Shown: piece by piece, positions 26,182-32,000 of the stretch
How positions within the stretch are numbered: the first letter of the stretch is position 1
How the letters are laid out: each line of letters opens with the position of its first letter
Assembly (NCBI GenBank): GCA_036362785.1
Contig: CP143625.1
Location: 217,401-249,400 of the forward strand
Direction of reading: 5' to 3'
DNA: 32,000 nt
Source of the DNA: a beta proteobacterium MWH-UniP1
GTDB lineage: Bacteria > Pseudomonadota > Gammaproteobacteria > Burkholderiales > Burkholderiaceae_A
Position numbers and translations under genes: made by a program
Notes under the pieces: model-generated
Databases searched by the model: none
Seen by the model: the letters and a program-made list of their open reading frames with translations, nothing else
What the model was told of the DNA's origin: nothing

Positions 26182-26197
26182 TAATAGTTCTCCTAAG
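26121..26197. repeat. 77-bp segment (porin 5' UTR plus signal peptide), near-identical to 16261..16337
   Basis: 3 mismatches in 77 bp by hand alignment. Confidence 0.85.
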
Positions 26198-26341
26198 AGG
26201 TTGTTTTACGATCGGCCGACCATTGGCCGACCGCAACAGTCAGGACTTCCTGACCGCTGGAGAGGATTGTTAATGAGTCGCCAGGATTACTCAATTCTTA
26301 CGACTCGAAAAAGACAGTTTTTTGAGTAAATCGTTGCTTAA

Positions 26342-28168
26342 ATGACACATTGGTCTCAGGGGGCTTGCAAGGCTAAAATTAGGACTGAAGCCCAATTTAT
26401 ATGTAAGTACTCGCTTACAAGAAACCAACGCAAGAATCAGTTGACCTCTTTAGCCCTTTTCAAACGCCTGCTTTCCTACTCCTTTCGGTATTGGACGGGC
26501 TTCCTTGTGGCCGTAATCGGCATGACCATCACAGCAGCTACCGAGACGGCTTTCCCGGCCTTGATGAAGCAATTAATGGACAAGGGCTTTCAGGGAGCAG
26601 AATCCTTCGAGGTCTGGTGGGTTCCGGTCGCAGTCTTATTCATCTTTATCGGGCGCGGAGTGGCCACATTTCTGGCTTCTTACAGCATGGAGTGGGTATC
26701 AAATAACGTGCTGCGCGACCTGCGCCAGGCAATGTTTGAAAAACTAATTCTCTTGCCGTCTCGCACTTTCGACGCCAGTTCATCTGGCCAGCTGATTTCG
26801 AAAATGATCTCCGAGGCACAGCAGGTGCTCTTCGCCGCGACCAATGTCGTGACTGTGCTGATTCGAGACAGCCTAGTTTTGGTCGGTTTGCTCGGCTGGC
26901 TTTTCTGGATTAATTGGAAGTTAACGTTAGTGGTCGTCTGCCTAATGCCTTTTTTGGCAGTGGTCACTCGAAAATTCTCAAAAAGGATGCGGACTGTCAG
27001 CCGTAACTATCTCGCTTCGGTCGGCGACATGACGGTAACCGTTGAGGAAGCCATATCTGGAAACCGCGTGATCAAGGTTTTCGGGGGCGAACCTTATGAA
27101 AAAAAACGTTTCGCAAACGCAAATGCTGCATTTCGGGGTCAGGCAATGCGCTACGCCGTAGCAGCAGCGCTGCAAACACCGATTAGCCAATTTATATCAG
27201 CAATTGGCGTTACTGTCGTGATCACCATCGCTCTGATTCAAACCCGATCCGGTGAGGCCACGATTGGTGACTTTGTTTCTTTCATTACGGCAATGCTTTT
27301 GATGTTTAGCCCCTTGAAGCACCTTTCTGAGATCAACGCCCTGCTACAGAAAGGCCTTGCCGCGGCTGAGGGTGTCTTCAAAATGATCGACGAAAATGGG
27401 GAAAAAGAAACCGGGCATCTTGATATAGGCCGTGTGGAAGGCGCAGTGGAATATCGCAATATCACCCTGCGGTATCCAACCCGCGAGACAGATGCCTTAA
27501 GCGATATCAACTTGAAAATAGAGGCCGGAAAAACCTATGCTTTTGTTGGTCCGTCTGGTGGTGGCAAAACATCCTTGGTGAATTTATTGCCGCGCCTCTA
27601 TGATTTTGATAGTGGAGACATCCTCATCGATCGCGTCTCAATCCGGGACTTCACGTTAACGTCGTTAAGGCGACAGATCGCACTCGTCTCTCAAGATGTT
27701 GTACTTTTCAATGACAGCATTGCAAGAAACATTGCCTATGGATTGAGCAGTGTTGACGAACAAAAAATTTGGGATGCAGTAAAAGCCGCGGCACTTAAAG
27801 AGTTCATAGACTCACTGCCCGACGGCCTAAATACTATTGTTGGTGATCGTGGAGTGCGCATCTCTGGCGGGCAGCGCCAACGCATAGCAATCGCCCGCGC
27901 ATTCCTAAAAGATGCACCAATATTAATCTTAGACGAAGCAACTTCCGCACTTGACACCCAATCCGAGGCAAGCGTTCAGAGCGCTATCGACCGCCTAAGG
28001 AGTGGCAGAACAACACTGGTCGTGGCACATCGACTTTCCACTATTGTCAATGCCGACCAAATTGTTGTATTGAGCAACGGAAAAATTGTGCAACAAGGAA
28101 ATCACAGTCAGTTAATCGCTCGGCCTGGCGTGTATCAATCACTTTATGCCAAGGCCCCCACAGCATGA
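26342..28168 (+). CDS. msbA: Lipid A export ABC transporter (permease/ATPase fusion), MsbA-like
   Basis: Six-TM N-terminal half. Walker A GPSGGGKTS, ABC signature ISGGQRQRIAIARA, Walker B ILILDEATSALD. Adjacent to LPS-core genes. The start is ambiguous (ATG 26342 or TTG 26441). Confidence 0.8.
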   Translation: MTHWSQGACKAKIRTEAQFICKYSLTRNQRKNQLTSLALFKRLLSYSFRYWTGFLVAVIGMTITAATETAFPALMKQLMDKGFQGAESFEVWWVPVAVLFIFIGRGVATFLASYSMEWVSNNVLRDLRQAMFEKLILLPSRTFDASSSGQLISKMISEAQQVLFAATNVVTVLIRDSLVLVGLLGWLFWINWKLTLVVVCLMPFLAVVTRKFSKRMRTVSRNYLASVGDMTVTVEEAISGNRVIKVFGGEPYEKKRFANANAAFRGQAMRYAVAAALQTPISQFISAIGVTVVITIALIQTRSGEATIGDFVSFITAMLLMFSPLKHLSEINALLQKGLAAAEGVFKMIDENGEKETGHLDIGRVEGAVEYRNITLRYPTRETDALSDINLKIEAGKTYAFVGPSGGGKTSLVNLLPRLYDFDSGDILIDRVSIRDFTLTSLRRQIALVSQDVVLFNDSIARNIAYGLSSVDEQKIWDAVKAAALKEFIDSLPDGLNTIVGDRGVRISGGQRQRIAIARAFLKDAPILILDEATSALDTQSEASVQSAIDRLRSGRTTLVVAHRLSTIVNADQIVVLSNGKIVQQGNHSQLIARPGVYQSLYAKAPTA

Positions 28169-29211
28169 AACTCTGGTTTGAGCGCGGTGCCTGGGCTTCC
28201 AAGTACGCAAAAAAAGCTGCTGCCGAACTGGCACCTGAGCAAGTCCGCCGTATCGCGGTGATACGCCACGCTGCTCTGGGCGACATGGTGTTAGTCCGCC
28301 CATTTTTAATTGAAGCAAGAAGATTTTTTCCTAATGCGGAAATAGTCCTGAGTGTCGTTTCCAATTACACCTACGGTGCACCCGATGACCTGGTTGACTC
28401 TGTCCATGTGTTGCACGGGAATGACAAGAAAAATGTGTCGGCGTGGCAGCGCTTAGCCAATGCTCGAGCGCTGGGGACAGTTGACATTCTTTTTGATTTG
28501 GCCGACACCACGCGGTCGCGTTATTTAACCCTGGTCACCTCCGCGAAGCTAAAAATCGGATTTCCGTATCGCTGGTATCTAAGAAACCTTCTTTTTGATG
28601 CAGCAGTCTTTCGGTCAGATTTCACTTTTGAGGCAGAGGTAATGCTGGACACACTCAAGCTTTTGGGCGCAAATCCGGCCGTTCCATTGCGTTTCAACTG
28701 GTCGGTTCCAACCCGAGAACAGCACGGTGAGACACGATCTGAACAAATTCTTTATTTTCCGTTCGCATCTGTTCAGAGCAAGTGTTGGCCGAGGGAGCGA
28801 TTTGCTGCCCTGATTGATCTCATGGCAACCGAATTTAAGCAATACACGCACGTTATTCTTGGCGGTATCAGTGACAACGAGGACCCTACCATTTTTGGTG
28901 ATTTGGCTACAAAGCACACCAACGTAACTTTGCAGCAGGCCATGAATTTGGATGCCACCATCCATCTTTTAATGGATTCCAAATTGGTCGTCGCCAACGA
29001 TACTGGTGTAAGAAACTTAGCGATTGCAATAAATACGCCCACTTTGGGCATATTTTTTTCAACTGTGCCACATCGTTATTGGCCCCGTTGGGGAGGATTA
29101 CACGATTCGGTATTCGTGGCTGATGGAACTGCGCCTTCAGTCGAAGATGTAGCCAGCCGAGCGAAGACACTTTTGAATTCTGTTTCTCGTTCTATGGGCT
29201 TTGCCCGCTAG
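28165..29211 (+). CDS. Glycosyltransferase family 9 (LPS heptosyltransferase-like)
   Basis: N-terminal RIAVIRHAALGDMVLVRPFL motif and C-terminal VVANDTGVRNLAIA motif. ATGA overlap with msbA. Confidence 0.75.
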   Translation: MKLWFERGAWASKYAKKAAAELAPEQVRRIAVIRHAALGDMVLVRPFLIEARRFFPNAEIVLSVVSNYTYGAPDDLVDSVHVLHGNDKKNVSAWQRLANARALGTVDILFDLADTTRSRYLTLVTSAKLKIGFPYRWYLRNLLFDAAVFRSDFTFEAEVMLDTLKLLGANPAVPLRFNWSVPTREQHGETRSEQILYFPFASVQSKCWPRERFAALIDLMATEFKQYTHVILGGISDNEDPTIFGDLATKHTNVTLQQAMNLDATIHLLMDSKLVVANDTGVRNLAIAINTPTLGIFFSTVPHRYWPRWGGLHDSVFVADGTAPSVEDVASRAKTLLNSVSRSMGFAR

Positions 29212-29239
29212 CTATCATACTGCTCTGATGGGGTGACCA

Positions 29240-30526
29240 ATGCAAAACTTGATTCATCTGGCACGGTATAAATTTTTTCCATTAACTACGGAGCGCCTTG
29301 CTGGACTATTGCTTTTTTTGTTTCCGATCTGCGCCGTTTCGGTTCGCCATTGGGTCAGCGCAATTTTTTTACTGTTTGCCTTGCTAGCCATATTTAATTT
29401 GAGGTCCCTGATTCGCAGTTCAAACCTCTCGAAACATGAGGTTTGGTTGCTGGTGCTGATGGCCATTTTTTTTGTTGTCTATCTGATCTCATCTTTTGTA
29501 AATGGCTGGAGCGATCGTAGTATTCGATTGTGGGAGCGTGAACTGCGGTTTTTGTTATTCGTCCCTGTTTACCTTCTGGTGCGACAGCGACCCAACCCGC
29601 TGGCCGCCTTGGGCTGTGGGGCAGCAATCGCAGTCTTTCTTACCGCCGTGATAGCGCCTGTTCAGGCTTATCTTTTGGGCTATGGACGTGATCTTGGTGT
29701 TTATGGGCCGCTTTTTACTGGGCCGATCACCGCCCTGTTTCTAATTGTCGCGATTGCTTGGGCTCATGCTGAGGTGCCGGTTCGATTCCGTAGAGCATTG
29801 GTTGCAGCCCTGTTTATTGCAACGCTAATCGTGGCGGTGTTGACAAGTAGAAGCTCGATCCTTGGGACATCCCTGATCCTTCTTGGCTATTACCTCTTCA
29901 CAAGCCGAGATTATCGATATCTGCTTGCCTTTGTGTTTCTTGGTGTGGCGATTGTTGGGGCGCACGAAGTTACAGAAGTCTCTACTGCGCCAAGGCTTGG
30001 CACAGCGTTTCAAGAGGCAAAGAACTACATTACTTTTCAGATAAATCACCCTGGTGAGATAAACCCGCACGCAGTAACTTCCGTCGGGACTCGGCTTGAA
30101 ATGTTGAGATCGCTGCAGTTTTTTCTGCGTGATTATCCAGTTTGGGGGGCTGGTGGGTACAACTATCACGAAGTGATTTCAGGATATATCAGCAAGGGGC
30201 TGGTTGCTGAAAGCGTAGCGTTTCACGCACATCCCCACAATGTTTTCGCCCAGGTTTTGGTCTCGAAAGGTATTGTGGGCTTAATTATTTTTTTGGGAAT
30301 TATTTTTATGTCAGCGTTCCTCTTAAGGCGGGCTGAGACCGACGGTGCAGGAACTTCGCGCCTAACTTTTGGGCTACTGTTTTTGGCTGCCCTGATTCTT
30401 ATGAGCTTTACAGAGTCAGCTCTAGTACTCAAGGGGAACTTTATTGCTTGTGGGTTATTGCTTTTGTGTGTGTTTCTCGCTGACCGACAGCGCAGGGAAA
30501 CTTTTTTGAATAAAAAACAAGCTTAG
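29240..30526 (+). CDS. O-antigen ligase family membrane protein (Wzy_C domain, WaaL-like)
   Basis: 428 aa, about 10-12 TM helices. The periplasmic loop carries the HAHPHNVFAQVLVSKGIVG motif typical of O-antigen ligases. Confidence 0.75.
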   Translation: MQNLIHLARYKFFPLTTERLAGLLLFLFPICAVSVRHWVSAIFLLFALLAIFNLRSLIRSSNLSKHEVWLLVLMAIFFVVYLISSFVNGWSDRSIRLWERELRFLLFVPVYLLVRQRPNPLAALGCGAAIAVFLTAVIAPVQAYLLGYGRDLGVYGPLFTGPITALFLIVAIAWAHAEVPVRFRRALVAALFIATLIVAVLTSRSSILGTSLILLGYYLFTSRDYRYLLAFVFLGVAIVGAHEVTEVSTAPRLGTAFQEAKNYITFQINHPGEINPHAVTSVGTRLEMLRSLQFFLRDYPVWGAGGYNYHEVISGYISKGLVAESVAFHAHPHNVFAQVLVSKGIVGLIIFLGIIFMSAFLLRRAETDGAGTSRLTFGLLFLAALILMSFTESALVLKGNFIACGLLLLCVFLADRQRRETFLNKKQA

Positions 30527-30528
30527 CC

Positions 30529-31608
30529 ATGAAAGCTGGCCTGACTAACCGAGACGGTCCGCCAGTGAAGAGGATAGGTGTGGTATTGCTCGGAATCTTG
30601 GGAGACGTCTTGACGCGGACGCCAACCGTACGAGAGATTCGAAAACTTTATCCTCATGCTCATATCCAGTGTTTTGTAGATCCCATAGGGTACGAAGGTC
30701 TGCAAAATAGCCCAGATATTGACTCTTTTAAAATTGTTTATCGATCCAGAATCCAGAGATATCGTTACCTTAAAAGTAAACTTGACACTTTGGCATACCT
30801 TGTGACACACAAGTTTGACCTTTTTATTGACCTTTACGGAAACTCCTGGTCGAGGCTGATGGCAAAATTTGCTCGCGCTAGGACAGAAATTATCGTTGCA
30901 GACGGTGCCGTGCAAGTTCGGGGGGTAAAAGAAAAGAGAGATGCGCTCAAGTTCACTAATGTCCACCACCTTTCTAATAACAGCCTTCAGATACTTAGGT
31001 ATTTTGACACCGAACAAATTTCTTTAGATCCACGGCCTGTAGTGGATTTAAAGAGCAAAGCGATGACTGTCGCCGAGAGAACTTATATCGATTGTTTAAT
31101 CGAGAAGCACAAAAGAGTCTTTGTTATCTCTGCGGGGTCCGGGGATATAAAAAAAATGATTCCTGTTGGTCTGTGTGTCAGCATTGCCCGGTCGATCTCT
31201 CAGAGTGATGGGGCTCATCCATTGCTCCTGTTTAACCCGGGTTCGAGAGATATTCAATGCGAGATAGCACTGGCGCTCGACAAAGCTGGGCTAAGCTATA
31301 GCAGGCTTCAGAGGTTAAGTATTCCTGCAGTGGTTTATCTGCTAAGACAGTCAGCTTTTGTTGTGGTCTCTGACTCAGGAATTTTGCATCTCAGCGTTGC
31401 AGTGGGCTCACCATTTTTGGGTGTTTTTACACACACGCCACCTGAAGAGGTTATTCCCCAGTCTGGTATTTTTGAGACGTGTTTTAAGCCGCATCCTGAT
31501 GCAATACCTTACGGAACGCGCGGCCTTGTCTATGGCGATCAATCAATTTCCGAGCAAGATGTACTACCGAAATTGGATATGCTGCTTCAGAAGATTAAGC
31601 GGCGTTGA
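30529..31608 (+). CDS. Glycosyltransferase family 9 (heptosyltransferase-like), second copy
   Basis: RIGVVLLGILGDVLTRTP N-terminal motif and VVSDSGILHLSVAVG C-terminal motif. Confidence 0.75.
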   Translation: MKAGLTNRDGPPVKRIGVVLLGILGDVLTRTPTVREIRKLYPHAHIQCFVDPIGYEGLQNSPDIDSFKIVYRSRIQRYRYLKSKLDTLAYLVTHKFDLFIDLYGNSWSRLMAKFARARTEIIVADGAVQVRGVKEKRDALKFTNVHHLSNNSLQILRYFDTEQISLDPRPVVDLKSKAMTVAERTYIDCLIEKHKRVFVISAGSGDIKKMIPVGLCVSIARSISQSDGAHPLLLFNPGSRDIQCEIALALDKAGLSYSRLQRLSIPAVVYLLRQSAFVVVSDSGILHLSVAVGSPFLGVFTHTPPEEVIPQSGIFETCFKPHPDAIPYGTRGLVYGDQSISEQDVLPKLDMLLQKIKRR

Positions 31609-31652
31609 GCCATCGCTGATAGCAATCCTCAGGTTCGATGGGGTAAAGGCCA

Positions 31653-32000
31653 CTAACAAGATCGGTTAATTCCAAAAAATGTAAAAAGCTCACTTGTTTG
31701 TTTTTTGTTAAACGAGAGGCGGAAATAAGGGTCGAGTAAAGCCATGGTTTCGAAGTTTTTTACCCCGTGTACTTCCCCCATAATCCACTGACAGTTTTTA
31801 AGCATTGTTTCAGGGATAGATGAAAGGATTGAGAATTCCGAACCTTCCGTATCGATTTTTATTAAATCTACCGATGAGATTTTCATTGCTTCTATAAATT
31901 CGCTTGCATCGCGGATTTCGATCTTGGTGGACGGGCTGGTTTGTGTGCCAAGATTGTCTTGGTCATCTCTTAATTGGTGCAGAGAAAATCCCCCTAGATT
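31653..32000 (-). CDS. FkbM-family methyltransferase, C-terminal part (the gene continues beyond the window end)
   Basis: IDLIKIDTEGSEFSIL motif. The reading frame stays open from 31886 to position 32000 (I checked the triplets and found no stop), so the ORF-track ATG at 31886 is internal. Confidence 0.65.
   Translation of the reverse strand, partial: NLGGFSLHQLRDDQDNLGTQTSPSTKIEIRDASEFIEAMKISSVDLIKIDTEGSEFSILSSIPETMLKNCQWIMGEVHGVKNFETMALLDPYFRLSFNKKQTSELFTFFGINRSC

Noticed and set aside
30523-31017. 164-aa minus-strand ORF overlapping the second GT9 gene
   Set aside because: It is antisense to a CDS with clear GT9 motifs. AT-rich DNA gives long spurious frames.

Overview
This looks like a chromosomal segment from a Gram-negative bacterium. 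The rplM-rpsI / argC / erpA synteny and the porin type suggest Betaproteobacteria or Burkholderiales; taxon is inferred, not verified. No rRNA, tRNA or CRISPR array was found.

Layout, left to right:
(1) 0.1-5.7 kb: a tightly coupled operon resembling the mycobacterial decaprenyl-phosphoryl-arabinose (DPA) pathway. It encodes a HAD phosphatase domain, a UbiA phosphoribosyl/prenyltransferase, a GtrA-like protein, a DprE1-like FAD oxidase, a DprE2-like SDR and a GT-C glycosyltransferase. An in-frame TAA splits what reads as a HAD-UbiA fusion.
(2) 5.7-14.1 kb: housekeeping genes purB, mnmA, pntAA-pntAB-pntB, erpA, argC, rpsI and rplM.
(3) 14.4-14.9 kb: a ParE/RelE toxin with a ribbon-helix-helix antitoxin.
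(4) 15.1-26.2 kb: two paralogous porin genes whose 5' and 3' ends are nearly identical. They bracket an accessory island of about 8.5 kb (about 16.4-24.9 kb).
(5) 26.3-32.0 kb: msbA plus an AT-rich LPS-core cluster (GT9, O-antigen-ligase-like, GT9, and a partial FkbM-type methyltransferase).

The island carries a full-length tyrosine integrase, a second FimB-sized tyrosine recombinase and several orphan ORFs.

The best candidate for a novel system is a translationally coupled pair on the minus strand of the island. One gene encodes a 600-aa protein with no motif I can recognise. The other encodes a 439-aa tRNA-guanine-transglycosylase (TGT) superfamily protein that looks DpdA/TgtA5-like. It has the DSGGFQ, IQG and GxxxPxxD motifs but no CxCxxC zinc motif. 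None of the known dpd or queuosine partner genes is present in the window. Three copies of a 23-bp near-palindrome with recombinase-core-site architecture punctuate the island, and two of them flank this gene pair.
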